Positions 47,746 to 56,626 are shown, counted from the first letter of the stretch. The stretch: 64,000 nt of DNA from Eledone cirrhosa (GCA_964016885.1 OZ024740.1:270630001-270694000); one strand, 5' to 3'. Notes: generated by a model from the sequence alone, not told the origin. Made by a program: numbers and translations.

Positions 47746-50675
47746 TAACAGATCAAAGTTTAAGCAAAGAATCTCTGCTTTCACCCTTAACGGGATCTTC
47801 TGAAACTAAAAAAATCAATCTGTGAACGCAGAAGTAAATATTTCGAAAAACGCTACACACTATATCTATATATACACACACTATATATACATATATACAC
47901 ACACACACATATTTCGTCATAATGTCGTAATGCAGACAGCCAGACATACAGATATTATAAGGGCGCAACATTATATCTATTATCTATCTAAAAAGAAAGA
48001 CTAAGAATTATAGAGAGAGATCGCTAAATCGCTTAATGCGGTCCCTAGGGCATTGAAAATTTGAAATATTTTTTTGCTCAAAACACTCACAAGACGGTAA
48101 GTATTACATGTGTAAAGTTTGAAAATAATCGGTTGGGTGGTTGTCGAGTTTTAGGGAGTCAGACAGACCGACATTCTCTTTTTTTAGATATATAGATAAT
48201 GATAATATTAAACATGGATGACTTGAAGTTATATGGCAAAGATGAGAGAAAACTGGAGAGGCTTGTCAGCTCAATTAGAGTATTTAGTAATGGCATCAAA
48301 ATGGAGTTTAGTATGTCCAAAAGTGGAATCCTTGCAATGAAGAGAGGCTAATACAATAAATACAAAGAGAAAATCAGTTCATTGACATAGATGGTAGATA
48401 TAAATATCTTTGGATTTTTGAAGATAGACTAATGAAAAAAAATGAGGGAATACCTCCAGAAGAGTAAAAAAGATATTAAAATCAAAACTATGGTATAAAT
48501 ACCATCAAGACTATACACTCAAGAGCAGTATCCATTTATATATATAGTACAGGAATAATAAAATAGACAAAGGAAGAACTTACAAAGTTAGATGTAAATA
48601 AAAGGAAGGTGATGACAATATGCAGAGCCTTACACCTAAAGGTTGATGTTGACAGGCTGTATGTCAGCAGAAAAGCAGGAGGACTAGGGTTGTAAACATG
48701 GAAAACTGAATGAGAATACTTGAAAAAGTTAATCAGGGCTTTGCAGAAATGGAAAGTGCTTGTCTTTACTCTTTTCAGGTGTATTCACCACACAACTCTT
48801 TCACCGTGTCTACCAGGCAAGTGAAAATTGCTTGTCCTTCCTGACTAAAGGAAGATGGTTGGATTATCTTCTTAATGGATTCTGCTGGTAGCTGAATCTG
48901 TCCTACATACAACAGCAGCTGTTTGATATAACTTCAGAAGTCAGCAATATTTGGACACTTGTTGATTGCATCTACGACAGTTTGCACACATCTTCGACAA
49001 GCTCAGCTGACGGTACTACCATGCCTCTAGTGTTTATGTCAAACTGGAAATGCCCCCAAATAGCACTGTCAGGCCAAGGATATTTGGAAGTTATCCATCA
49101 ATCCTAGACTGAAAGTTTTTCAGAAGAGAGCAGCTAGTTGACCATCTTCAATGCTCAGAGTCTTCCCAAGGGCATAATTGCTTTTACCCACCACTAATCC
49201 TCTATAAAATGTTAAATTACACCAATTGCAGTGTCCAACTAGTAGACAATTGTGAATTCTTGAAGACATTCCAGCTTCCAAGCATTTCCTCTAAACTGGG
49301 GAAACACATGTCTGGTGAATGGTAACCACACCTATTTACTATGAAGAATACACAGGAAATGTTGTAGTCCGAGCACATGTTTGCACATCATCAGCTACAA
49401 CATTTCCAGTCCTCTCTGCAGCTGATGTTCACAGCAGATGGGCCATCTGACCATTAGAATACATCCCTTCCACAAAAATCAAAATAGTAGATGTTCCATT
49501 GCAGTCAAGCATGGACCAGAGCAAGGCACAACAGTCAGGTAATAGTAGCTGATGGAGACAATATATCATTCACCATCTCTGCCCAATAATAATTTTTTTT
49601 TCTTATTGGCAGAATTGGTAAAGTATTGGGAAAATATGCACCTTTTACATGCTGTGTTCAGTTCACAACATGATCAACTTTGCCTTTCATCCTTCTGGGG
49701 ACAATAAAATAAGTTACAATCAAATATGAAGGCGAGCTGAAAGGTTCATAGGCACACTATGAAGGAGTGATGCTAGTGCGGTTAAATATTGCACATACTA
49801 ATTTCAAATCTTCTTCTTAATAACTGCATTGTTTCTTTTCAGGAACTATGTTGAAAAATAAACCTCATTTGGTCATTCCATGAAAATATCTTGGTCCGTC
49901 TATGCATCTTTCAGCCAACCCCCATAGCAGAATTGATTAGGTCAATTATCTGTTCCCAAATTTGTGACCTTTTGTCTATATTATAAAATACGTACTGGTG
50001 TTCATAAAATCAAATATTTTGTCCTCACAAAAGTGAAAAAAAAGACATAACCTCTCGTATGTAATCAGTAGTATGTGAAACTGTTTGTAAGATAACATGG
50101 CCATAGCCTGCCTGAGAGGTCAGTAGCCCTGCTTCAGTACTGACTTGGTCTATGTAGACAGGGAAAGCGGAGAACATTAAAATGACAATGATGATGATGA
50201 TTCCATACCAGTTTTTTTTCAGAAATACCATTGTTTTTGGAATTTATCTGCAAAACATAGATCATCCTTTACCCTAAATAATAAAATAATGATTTCTGAT
50301 TTAGGCACAAGGTCAACAATTTTGGGGGAGGGGAAAGTCAATTGTTACCCTAAATAATGAAATAATACTAATTGTTACTGTTTTCATCTGCTCGAGTGTT
50401 GTTATTGCATGTTAAATACCCCTATCTATCATCTTTACCAGACAGATGAAGGTGTTTACCATTACGAACTAAAAGTTATATCAGATTTACTCACTTACCT
50501 GCGGAATACCAATGAAGCAATAGACATGGAAACATACACCAAGGAAGAATTTCACAACGTCTTAACTGATTTCTTTAAATCAACTAACCCTCAGGATATA
50601 ACAGAATTGGTTGAAGCAGCATCCAAAGAACTGCAGTGTGAAGACAACCTCCAGTATGAGCAGTTGTTCACTGAG
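3456..50675 (+). CDS. TSNAXIP1: Spliced host gene (partial, 5' exons outside window): TSNAXIP1-like coiled-coil protein; exons 3456-3590, 5248-5317, 10913-11195, 28656-28767, 31268-31329, 36302-36446, 39704-39832, 45191-45352, 50442-50675
   Basis: All exons have AG/GT ends and the intron phases chain consistently (0,1,2,0,2,0,0,0). The joined translation has motifs recalled from vertebrate TSNAXIP1: FEYLIDNIKSYKPLLLRIKNQYE..LQPLK, DDVTTLKMILR, NVVPRRE, VPVFLRHKGQVFNR..IWKER, EWAYNLYD, LQYEQLFTE. Orthology is from memory, not a search. Confidence 0.85.
4640..5145. repeat. Diverged fold-back of about 500 bp, with a decayed HHR-like stem II/GAAA in each arm
   Basis: Arms about 4640-4861 and 4896-5145; AAGAggg..tagcccTGAAAtat in both arms. 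Confidence 0.75.
5248..5317 (+). CDS. TSNAXIP1: TSNAXIP1-like exon (NEIIKIMKQYEEKIEVIEKAEKP)
   Basis: ttttAG acceptor, GTATGG donor, 70 nt, phase 0-1, matches both neighbours. Confidence 0.8.
8554..8944 (+). mobile_element. Two tandem tRNA-type SINEs; family also at about 1815-2190, 9697-9855, 10725-10904, 13961-14149 (-), 26585-26768 (-), 27160-27360, 45695-45830, 46785-46997 (-)
   Basis: A-box-like tggcagtatcgg, B-box-like gagttcaaatcc, central ctttcatccttacggggtcgataaaataaagtacc (resembles the MetaSINE domain, from memory), (ATT)n tail. Confidence 0.85.
9043..10020. mobile_element. pogo/Tigger-like non-autonomous DNA element with a nested SINE (about 9697-9855)
   Basis: Imperfect TIRs tactgtgtatacttgtgtaaaagtc / actattactcgagtatatacatta and subterminal gtcgact motifs. 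Confidence 0.6.
10150..10730 (-). mobile_element. RTE LINE internal fragment
   Basis: ORF 10306..10626 (FRYLGD..W..FRELLPLL..MLHGSETW..RLERNE). Confidence 0.9.
10913..11195 (+). CDS. TSNAXIP1: TSNAXIP1-like exon (ELVELQRTNW...DDVTTLKMILR), coiled coil
   Basis: tttacAG acceptor, GTAAGA donor, 283 nt, phase 1-2; lies within ORF 10756..11199. Confidence 0.85.
12950..13110 (-). mobile_element. Inverted PLE pseudo-LTR fragment abutting the 5' truncation of the GIY-YIG relic
   Basis: Minus strand has GAAA-cggccg (palindromic stem III remnant) and the ACTCTAC..TATCGAGTAC tail shared with 14215-14310, 25700-25805 and 59115-59250. Confidence 0.55.
13130..13563 (+). pseudogene. Penelope-like element GIY-YIG endonuclease relic (Naiad-type motif pattern), 5'-truncated
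   Basis: Frame of ORF 13363 extends upstream: C-RERNVVYQC..KAYIGLTASDF..YYQH*HAF..HATPILGHIWDLQ..YHLSWSII..PCNLCSEE..LLNKKVELFTAC; internal TGA at 13318. Confidence 0.85.
14150..14310. repeat. Hairpin (14150-14251) derived from a PLE pseudo-LTR, containing an HHR core, plus 3' tail
   Basis: Minus strand CTGATGA ccat..aggg GAAA ctccagag TT; plus strand GAAA ctccagag TA ... AATAAA ... ACTCTAC..TATTGAGTAC. Confidence 0.75.
14314..17318 (-). mobile_element. RTE-clade LINE, 5'-truncated and disrupted (APE remnant, RT, PHD-like finger, 3' UTR, (GAT)n tail)
   Basis: IAGDFNGHVG, SQIDFIL, FVDLEKAFD, GVHQGSVLSP, LLYADD motifs over ORFs 16941, 15736, 15133, 14621, broken by stops and frameshifts. Confidence 0.95.
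17630..18090 (+). mobile_element. Degraded RTE 3' fragment
   Basis: Homologous to the RTE C-terminus (..LERNEATMLHWMCNVN..VQERRLHWYRHVM); similar relics at about 1345-1570 (-), 7120-7560, 20840-21165, 31670-31965 and 41630-42120 (-). Confidence 0.8.
18977..19172 (+). mobile_element. Mariner-type MITE of about 200 bp; other copies at 6921-7107, 11255-11492, 41819-42012, 49726-49925
   Basis: TIR gctgaaaagttcataggctgac / gtcagcctatgaacttttcagc with a shared internal sequence in five copies. Confidence 0.85.
19240..19810 (+). repeat. RTE 3'-UTR-type element with about 5 tandem units of about 43 bp (aaaaagcacccagcccacactgtaaagtggtcatgtaggtgtcacgac)
   Basis: Tandem units then aggaagggcatccagctgtagaaacc and a (GAT)n tail; same arrays at about 6350-6720 (+) and 41197-41570 (-). 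Confidence 0.8.
21429..21494 (-). ncRNA. Non-circularly permuted hammerhead ribozyme, copy B (inverted partner of copy A)
   Basis: Reverse complement reads ccaacc tg agata TA tggcct ttaatgcgac GAAA tgcct acgac ggttgg a aggcca CTGATGA g; perfect 6-bp stem I, one mismatch in stem III. Confidence 0.78.
21878..21943 (+). ncRNA. Non-circularly permuted (pseudoknot-type) hammerhead ribozyme, copy A
   Basis: ccaacc-tg-aggta-T-A | tggcc ..c GAAA tgcct-acgac-ggttgg at ggcca CTGATGA g: stem III (aggtaT/Atgcct plus ccaacc/ggttgg), stem I (tggcc/ggcca), 1-bp stem II (G-C); predicted cleavage after A21892. Confidence 0.8.
23580..23630 (-). ncRNA. Type I hammerhead-like motif with CAGAAGA core variant
   Basis: Minus strand: agttt CAGAAGA t ccc gttaa ggg t GAAA gtagtgattctttgc TT aaact. 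Confidence 0.6.
24070..24127 (+). ncRNA. Minimal type I hammerhead ribozyme (PLE type, palindromic stem III)
   Basis: atac CTGATGA tatc accgg..ccggt catt GAAA tgatca TA gtat; stem I atac/gtat, palindrome ATGATCAT, AATAAA immediately 3'. Confidence 0.75.
24358..25663 (-). mobile_element. Tc1/mariner transposon, DD37D (maT) family, full length, inserted in (TA)n
   Basis: TIRs cagggtgcggacgatatttgttcgcaa / ttgcgaacaaatatcgtccacatcctg, each flanked by TA; encloses the transposase ORF. Confidence 0.93.
24483..25536 (-). pseudogene. DD37D transposase with a single frameshift near the C-terminus
   Basis: FSDEK, WQQDS, WPPSSPDCNPLDF motifs; 37 residues between the 2nd and 3rd Asp; ORF ends at 24568 but ..KACSWFRGRLEAVIKANGGFIE* continues in another frame. 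Confidence 0.88.
25865..25956. repeat. Near-perfect palindrome centred on (TA)n
   Basis: ttgatttaactgagggtcctcccaacactttgtttggcaa (ta)n ttgccaaacaaagtgtttggaggaccttcagttaaatcaa. Confidence 0.9.
26263..26328 (+). ncRNA. Non-circularly permuted hammerhead ribozyme, copy C
   Basis: ccaacc tg aggta TC tgatttt taatgcaat GAAA tacc aatgat ggttgg aaaatca CTGACGA a; stem I changed to tgatttt/aaaatca and the stem II pair to A-T (compensatory relative to copy A). Confidence 0.8.
28656..28767 (+). CDS. TSNAXIP1: TSNAXIP1-like exon (RITQQGAEEAETKLAKLLNEYINVVPRREATTLEKQYD)
   Basis: Long pyrimidine tract + AG, GTGAGT donor, 112 nt, phase 2-0; VVPRR motif. Confidence 0.9.
28804..29540 (+). repeat. Local diverged direct duplication (about 28804-29022 vs 29306-29542) just 3' of an exon
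   Basis: gatatctctcagaacaaag.gaataaca..tttatttgatgaaa..tttgattggt.gattca.tttacttttgtgaa occurs twice. Confidence 0.85.
29640..30640 (+). mobile_element. RTE LINE 3' fragment, same subfamily as 14314-15297 but in the opposite orientation
   Basis: Near-identical reverse complement of 14314-15297; ends in (GAT)n. Confidence 0.95.
31268..31329 (+). CDS. TSNAXIP1: TSNAXIP1-like exon (ALRKNKLQLLADLEELRKDY)
   Basis: ttttgtAG acceptor, GTAAGT donor, 62 nt, phase 0-2. Confidence 0.8.
32799..32807 (+). CDS. Candidate 9-nt microexon ATATTTATG of the TSNAXIP1-like gene
   Basis: ttaatttttcAG|ATATTTATG|GTAAGT; consensus splice sites, frame-preserving, no stop in the phase-2 context (aa|a tat tta tg|t = K-Y-L-C). 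Confidence 0.4.
33436..34160 (+). mobile_element. Non-autonomous Helitron (older)
   Basis: a|TCTGTATATATATAAAA start, internal subrepeats, 3' hairpin cccaggcaacgctggg; terminal CTAG decayed. Confidence 0.7.
35726..35807. repeat. Perfect palindrome: (TA)n with short unique inverted flanks
   Basis: aaagtaatttagt (ta)n actaaattacttt. Confidence 0.9.
36302..36446 (+). CDS. TSNAXIP1: TSNAXIP1-like exon (YPWLKSIEYATPLSEDNKYGHEKLLEILNQMQLNGARLKQEAVPFEGK)
   Basis: ttttccAG acceptor, GTTAGC donor, 145 nt, phase 2-0. Confidence 0.8.
38340..38375 (+). ncRNA. Degenerate hammerhead core in an old PLE-type repeat
   Basis: CTGAAGA agggc taaa gcct GACA cat; GAAA decayed, stem I not recognisable. Confidence 0.35.
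39192..39466. mobile_element. Tigger-like MITE relic
   Basis: TA-cagtggaacctcagttcacgaa ... tttgtgaaccaaggt inverted ends. Confidence 0.5.
39704..39832 (+). CDS. TSNAXIP1: TSNAXIP1-like exon (GFDKNVPVFLRHKGQVFNRVIKRRECALLINVIWKERIVDANK)
   Basis: AG acceptor, GTATGT donor, 129 nt, phase 0-0; P.FLR..G.V.N and WKER motifs. Confidence 0.88.
43076..43400 (-). mobile_element. LINE 3' fragment (RTEX-like) inserted in (TA)n
   Basis: ELYGSIPKVS..RRLRLAAHAHRHPEL..VLLWEP.H..RRGRPRLTYVD..DRDRWR. Confidence 0.8.
45191..45352 (+). CDS. TSNAXIP1: TSNAXIP1-like exon (ETQRLSEFLNVFFTRTYPIENMRLEWAYNLYDGCEH...EILNNE)
   Basis: Strong pyrimidine tract + ctAG, GTTTGT donor, 162 nt, phase 0-0. Confidence 0.9.
47611..47676 (+). 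ncRNA. Non-circularly permuted hammerhead ribozyme, copy D (nested in a Helitron)
   Basis: ctagct tg aggta TA tggtct gtaatgtgaa GAAA tacct atgat ggctag t agacca CTGATGA c; compensatory changes in distal stem III (ctagct/ggctag) and stem I (tggtct/agacca); stem II pair mismatched. Confidence 0.75.
47757..47807 (-). ncRNA. Type I hammerhead-like motif with CAGAAGA core variant (second copy)
   Basis: Minus strand: agttt CAGAAGA t ccc gttaa ggg t GAAA gcagaga t tctttgc TT aaact; near-palindromic stem III. Confidence 0.65.
48205..48710 (+). mobile_element. Degraded R4/Dong-like RT fragment
   Basis: MDDLKLYGKDE.., YKYL, ALHLKVDVDRLYVSRKAGGLGL motifs with frameshifts. Confidence 0.7.
50442..50675 (+). 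CDS. TSNAXIP1: TSNAXIP1-like exon (TDEGVYHYELK...LQYEQLFTE)
   Basis: ctttaccAG acceptor, GTAAAG donor, 234 nt, phase 0-0. Confidence 0.88.
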
Positions 50676-51022
50676 GTAAAGTTATTGTTTTCTCTGTAAT
50701 CATTTGTATTGAGACTTACTGTTAAATAATTCTGAAGAGAGTTGTGTGAAACTGGCACAACTGAACAATCAGTATTTCAACCAAACTTAGTCTCATCAGC
50801 TTTGATTTAGTCAAAATGATATGATGTTTGGTCTTATTGCATATATCATCATTATCATCATCATCATCATTTACAATCAAATAAAAAATATCAGTAGTGT
50901 TATCAGTTGCTATTGTCAAGAATGAATGTGGTTGTACAAGCAATGCTAAAAGCTCAGTCTACAGCAATGTGATTGATAATATTGTTACTATTTGTTATGA
51001 CTTGTGTTCAGATGTTATGCAT

Positions 51023-51172
51023 TCAACATTTGACTAACTAACAGTCTTAATAATGAAGCATATAAATCCACTGAATGTAAAAAGGTGGGTATCGGCACAT
51101 GTGATACCTATCTTTTTCATTTCAGTGGGTTTATACGCTTCGTTATTAGACTATTTTATTTAGTGAAATATT
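51023..51172. repeat. Imperfect hairpin of about 150 bp
   Basis: agtcttaataatgaagcatataaatccactgaa..ggtatc / gatacc..ttcagtgggtttatacgcttcgttattagact. Confidence 0.8.
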
Positions 51173-52479
51173 AAAGTGAAGCTTTTTATTTCTATTTCAA
51201 TTTTCAAACTTTGCTCGCCGCTTTCTAAACATACTTCCAAAATTATTATTATTTTTTTGTTAGTATCAGACATTTAAATATGTTTAAAACTCAGTAGAAT
51301 ACTTTACAAAATAAATTACAATAGGTAATATCGAATTATTCAGGCTTCAGTGCACATATTGTTTGAATTTTTACACTTATCTTTTGTCTCTGTGGCATAA
51401 ATAAAATATATAGGATTAATTCAAACTACATCTATTCAAACTAGTTTTACCTCAAGTACTGCAGTTAAATTTACAGATTGAGTTGTATAAAAAGAACATA
51501 TGCAAGTATTTAAAACTACCATTTCTTGAAGAATTTTATGGTATATATTCCCAATCATTTTTAATTTTAATTCTTAGATTAAAAAATAATGATTTTCCTT
51601 TTGCCTTTCTTCTTTATTTTCTATTAGATTTTGTATCATTTACAATTTGATTTTTACTACATTCTAATAGAATAAATTTTATTGCACTAAATGTGACTAC
51701 ATTAAAGACATGTTCTGTACTGTTTATTCACATATCAAAAGTTGCATTGTTATTAATATTAGGCTTAACAAATAATAATAGACATTTCCTGAGAAAGAAA
51801 TCTGTGTGGTAGGGTCAGATATATTAATGTTCTTGTTCATGAAAAAATACGAGAAAAACAGGAAAGTAGAAATCATTTTCTCAAATATTTTATCTTTCTC
51901 TTAGTCCTGATCAACAGGATGAAGAAGACTGAGACTGGCAGGATGAGGGGATAAAGGTATCCTCAAACCAAAGATTCATCCTAAATGCCTTCTATTGACT
52001 AGACTCTGCTAAATGACCCCGAAGGACCAGGTGGTGGTTTAAATCGGACACCAAATAAAGTCTACTACCCAAGTATTTCACAGCAGGATTTAAACTCAGA
52101 ATACTGGAATAGTTGGAACAAATACTAACAAGGCATATTGTCTGACACTCTAAAATGTGCTTTCCATATTTGTAGGGAAGAGTTATCTTTGATTGAATTT
52201 AAAGGAGTACTTATGTTATCCACTCAAAAGAGAGACAGACTGACAGACAAACAGAGAGTGAGAGACAGAAACAGAAAGAGAGTAATATTTTGAAAAATAT
52301 TTACAAAATTTTAACTCAAATCATTAGAGGGATTATATCTCAGTACTCTGCTGTTTTTGATTATTGTCAATATTTGTCTTTTGAAAATATATTCTAGTAT
52401 TGGATTAATTAATATTTTTATTATAGTTCTATAAATTTACAGAAGAATAACATTGCAAATATGTTTAAAATATATACAT

Positions 52480-54890
52480 AAATAACATAACAAATGCGTA
52501 AATAACACCAAAAATTGCTCGGAAATCCTTCAGAAGGACAAATATGTCAAAACCGTGTATAATAACACAAAAATATAAATTCATGAACAAAAATGATAAA
52601 GGGAAGAAAGAAGAGGGAAAAACAAAAAAGAAAAAAAGTGGTGGGAGTGCAATTCACCAAGTGAGACAAGTGGCAACACCTCACAACTTGGGGATTAACT
52701 GTACACTTTCAGGCAAGCCAACATGTTCACAGCATTACCACAGCTCATGGTGAGACTAAGGTGCTGAAATAACCAGGCACCCTCACAGGCATCACATGAC
52801 ATATCAGTAAGGCAAGCTGCTAGTGAAGATAAGAGCTTCGCTGTCAGTGGCCCAAATCCACCAAATATCTCAAATGTCACAGGATGGAAAAAATAATTGT
52901 TTGATAAGTCCTAGTATTTCCAAATTTTATTCTGTTCGGCAGTGACCCCCGCATTCACCATGCCATCCATAATGTGGGAGGGGCAAAAGGGTCACTGACT
53001 GTGACGTTCCAGATGAGACCTTTAACTCTCACCCAGGGATAAAGGGTAAGACTCTCTGATCTCTTCCCATCACTTCATGATAAACCAGCTGGCTCCAGAA
53101 CTGTGGAGATATTAACCTGAGCCAGGGCCCATTTGATGATCAGGTTTAGCTCGGTGTGATGGGCAAAACGACCAGCATTCAGGCAGCAGGAAAAACCATG
53201 TAAACCTGTGGAGTCGAGGGACCTACCACAGTGGCATTTCAGGCCCCCACAGAAGTTGCAATGGAGATATGGAGTTCGTCATGACTGAGAAGGCCACCAA
53301 TGTTGGGAAGGAGAGGATGTCACCTACCAAAGGGGAGAAGGCATGGAGGGAGGAAAGAAAGCAAGGTAGTGACAATGAAGTACACTTACGCAAACCGAGA
53401 CCTCAAAATTATTTGGGTAAGGCAGCTTGGTCATGGGACTCTGGAGAAAGTCGGACATTAACGAAACCCTCAAGCTCACTGAATATAAGATTGTCGAAGT
53501 GCTGGAGAGATGACGAGAATTTGTAAGAGGGACTAACTCTAAGGAAATACAACAACTTAGAGATTAACAGATAATTCCAGAGAATGAAAACACCTTGGTG
53601 AGGCTCAATGACTTCGAGGTTTTTTTATAAGTTTCCTGAAGTTAACCAACTTAGATTGAAAGATGGCTTGGTCATTAACTGGGGACCCAAGGGAGCAACA
53701 CACTAATGGGGGAGGAACCTCGATGGAGGGGAAAGACTCTGTGAACAGGTCAACAGTCTCTTGATGACGTGAAGGCTTAACTCCTCGATCATCACCTTCG
53801 CTGTTGCAAGGACCTTGTCTGTAGGACACCCCCAAGCAAGCATCATCCAGATACCAGGCATTCAGATCCAGGTCAGCTCCCAACTTGGTGACGTCATCAA
53901 TTCCTAGAGCGAAAAGTGCAGGTCCGAGTGGGTCAGCCTGTTGGACCCCTGTGGCTGATAGAAGGAGATGGTCACCGAAGGTAAGGTAGGAGGCCTCCCA
54001 GTAGGCCTGCCGAGCAAAGTGGTAAAACTGCGGGACCTCCTCCTTAACTGAACGGAGGATGACATCCCGACTGATGGAATTAAAAGCATTCCTGAGATCC
54101 AATTTGAGAATGACCTTGTGGGTTCCGGAAGACAAGTTGGTAAATGCTCTGGTGTTATGAGTGGTGGCCTCACAACCCAGCTTTGTACCTGCCCCTAGCT
54201 GAAATCAAAGACAGACATACCTTCACGGTGAGCTATTGCATAGTGCACCCAACTGCTATGGGTTGAAGGTCGCCATTGGGCTTTGGGAGACCAAACAGTT
54301 TAGCTCCAAAGAACAGGGGGCAGATATAAGAGAGGACATACTCAGATGAGAACAAGTTAATGAAATGGGTGACGTTCTCTAAGAGCTCAAGGCCGGCATC
54401 TCCGGCTGGCAAGGAGACACCATCCTTGAGTTGCTGAGGTTGAAGACCATCAATCCCTGCACCAGAACCTACCAGAAAGGACATTATCACCTTCCTGACA
54501 ATAGCTGGGGTAAAACCAGGTTGCAAATGACCTGGTGGATCGGGCCAGTGTAAGTGGTCATCTGGAGGAACCAGGGGATGTTTCACTCTCAATCAGTTGA
54601 GTGACTCTGTAGTGTTCTGAGTGAGGCATGACAGAGAGGAGAGGAGGTGAACAGCCCCTTTTATGTCAAATTCATTGAATTTAGCTTTGACAGCCTTCTT
54701 TAAGTTCAGCGATCAACCATTGGTTGGAATTGAGTTGATCACCGACCTGAGATGAGCAGTACTTGGGGTTGAATCAAACAACTCAAACTATCATTTTAGG
54801 GAGGATGTGAGGAATCTGGATTTCACACTGGACACGTGGAAAGAGACTAAGGAGAACAAGAATAGTTTCTGCCAATCCAAGATGTCATTA
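52480..54890 (-). mobile_element. Decayed CRE-clade non-LTR retrotransposon (RT plus restriction-like endonuclease)
   Basis: PIAVG, LKLDLRNAFNSISR, GVQQADPLGPALF, AWYLDD; downstream CHCG..HGFSC..H knuckle, DGKR..L.PW..G..W.VT and FHPVTFEIFGGFG; many stops. Confidence 0.85.
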
Positions 54891-55769
54891 GACAGGCAGA
54901 CATTTACGTCCATTTTTCCATGCTTAAATGGGTTGGACTCAAATTGTTATGGACACGGATTTTCCAGGACTGCCGAGAGCACACCAGATGCATGCTTAAA
55001 GAACCTTGATTTCTCAAGTGGTTACCCATATAAGTACTAAGTAGACTCAGCACTGCGTAACTTCAGTGTTTTCAGCATGATATGTTATGGCTATTCTTTC
55101 AGTGAGTTTGCTTCAATTTCTAGTTGAAACTGAAACATTTCACTTGTTGTGATAATGCTTTTGAGAAAGGCCTTAATGTCAAAAGTCACTTATTTTCATT
55201 TACCTCTCTAAGAAATTTCTGGCCTTGTGGCCTAGAGAAGAAATCAATATACTAGAAATTGTTTGCTAAACTCTAGGTCTACTTCAAATGAAACAGAGAT
55301 TGGTTTTTATATAAGAAATCAATACTATTACTATTCTTTTCACTTCTTCCTTTTCAGTTGTGAAAGAATATATTTTACTTAAGTCTTAATATCTGCTGAC
55401 AAATACAATAAAAACATTTCATTGTCAAGAGACCACAAGTAAAGATCATAGAATAGATTTAGTTCAACAGCAGCTAAATAAGACACTATCATAATAAGAG
55501 ATTTGTTGAAATTTTATTTTTTTCATGATTACAAATGTTATATTGATCATGTTTAAAAGATTTCAAATACATAGTACTGTTTGTGTGAGAAAAGCTCTTT
55601 CTGAAATTGTTTGTATAAAAAAGAGTTTTCTTCTGAGTTATGAGATGACTGAAAAATGCATCACCTGAGTATTTGTTATGAGTCAAAAGATAATTCCTTG
55701 TCCACTTCCTGTAGGTAGACAAATAAGGATATATATATGTGTGTGAGTGTGTATGCATATATATACATA

Positions 55770-55799
<30 letters not shown>

Positions 55800-55806
<7 letters not shown>

Positions 55807-56045
55807 ATCTGCTTCGTAGAATGAAGACATATCTGAGAACCTTGCGATTTTCAGAGTCAGGTTTGATCATCACATCGGTCGTGCCTTGAGCTGGTCACCA
55901 GAGAAACGATTGTAATATGTCCAATCAATTCCATTCGTCGCAATACTGATTCTCTTTTTTTCTGTGATATCATACTCTGCTCTATGAGAGCATCGAGTGC
56001 TCATACGGTCTACCGCATACGGACGCTTTAAGCATCCAACACCAA
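55800..56045 (-). repeat. Unclassified (TA)n-embedded repeat; diverged copy at about 43995-44245 (+)
   Basis: Shared gagcactcgatgctc..cata, acatattaca, cagctc.agg..gacc, tgatcaaa.ctgactctg..aatcg.aagg blocks. Confidence 0.65.
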
Positions 56046-56046
56046 T

Positions 56047-56068
56047 TATATATATATATACATTTATG

Positions 56069-56148
<80 letters not shown>

Positions 56149-56173
56149 CATACACACATATATATATATATAT

Positions 56174-56247
<74 letters not shown>
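56047..56247. repeat. Long (TA)n microsatellite; many others throughout, plus (CT)n at about 36856-36969 and a CAA/CCA-rich tract at 60795-61090
   Basis: Direct reading of the sequence. Confidence 0.95.
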
Positions 56248-56250
<3 letters not shown>

Positions 56251-56298
56251 TTTTGCGAGGTTTTTGATATGAAATTGTGTATCGAAACAAATATTGTT

Positions 56299-56424
56299 AT
56301 ACTTGGGGAGGGTCATATTTGTGTAATATTGCCAGAATTAATAACAGCAAAAATCAACCAAAGAGTGGGTGTGTTCTGTTATTAATTCTGGCAATATTAC
56401 ACAAATATGACCCTCCTCAAGTAT
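56299..56424. repeat. Hairpin beginning at a putative HHR cleavage site
   Basis: Arms atacttggggagggtcatatttgtgtaatattgccagaattaataacag and its inverse; preceded by GAAA caaatattg TT. Confidence 0.8.
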
Positions 56425-56523
56425 ATATATATATATATATATACTATCCGGGAGCTTCCAACAGTAATGGTTGCATTCTTTAAGGGTATGTCAATATTTA
56501 TTTATAAAAGTGCTCTATATTAT

Positions 56524-56586
56524 ATTTTATCTGATGAAAGCACACCATAATTTAACTTGGTGTCCTTGAATTATGTATAATGAAAT
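56524..56586 (+). ncRNA. Type I hammerhead ribozyme relic (GAAA mutated to GAAT)
   Basis: attttat CTGATGA aag cacacc..ggtgt c ctt GAAT tatgta TA atgaaat; 7-bp stem I and a clear stem II. Confidence 0.6.
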
Positions 56587-56626
56587 AAATATGGTTTTAT
56601 AAATATAGTTTCCATTTGTTAATATC

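Larger units (their letters stand above)
47023..48196 (-). mobile_element. Non-autonomous Helitron containing two HHR-bearing fragments
   Basis: Same termini as 201-1046 (TCTATATA.., cccgagcaacgccggg..CTAG). Confidence 0.85.

Noticed and set aside
55870-56316. ORFs rich in IYIYIY, CVCV or HHHH (here and elsewhere in the ORF track)
   Set aside because: Translations of microsatellites.
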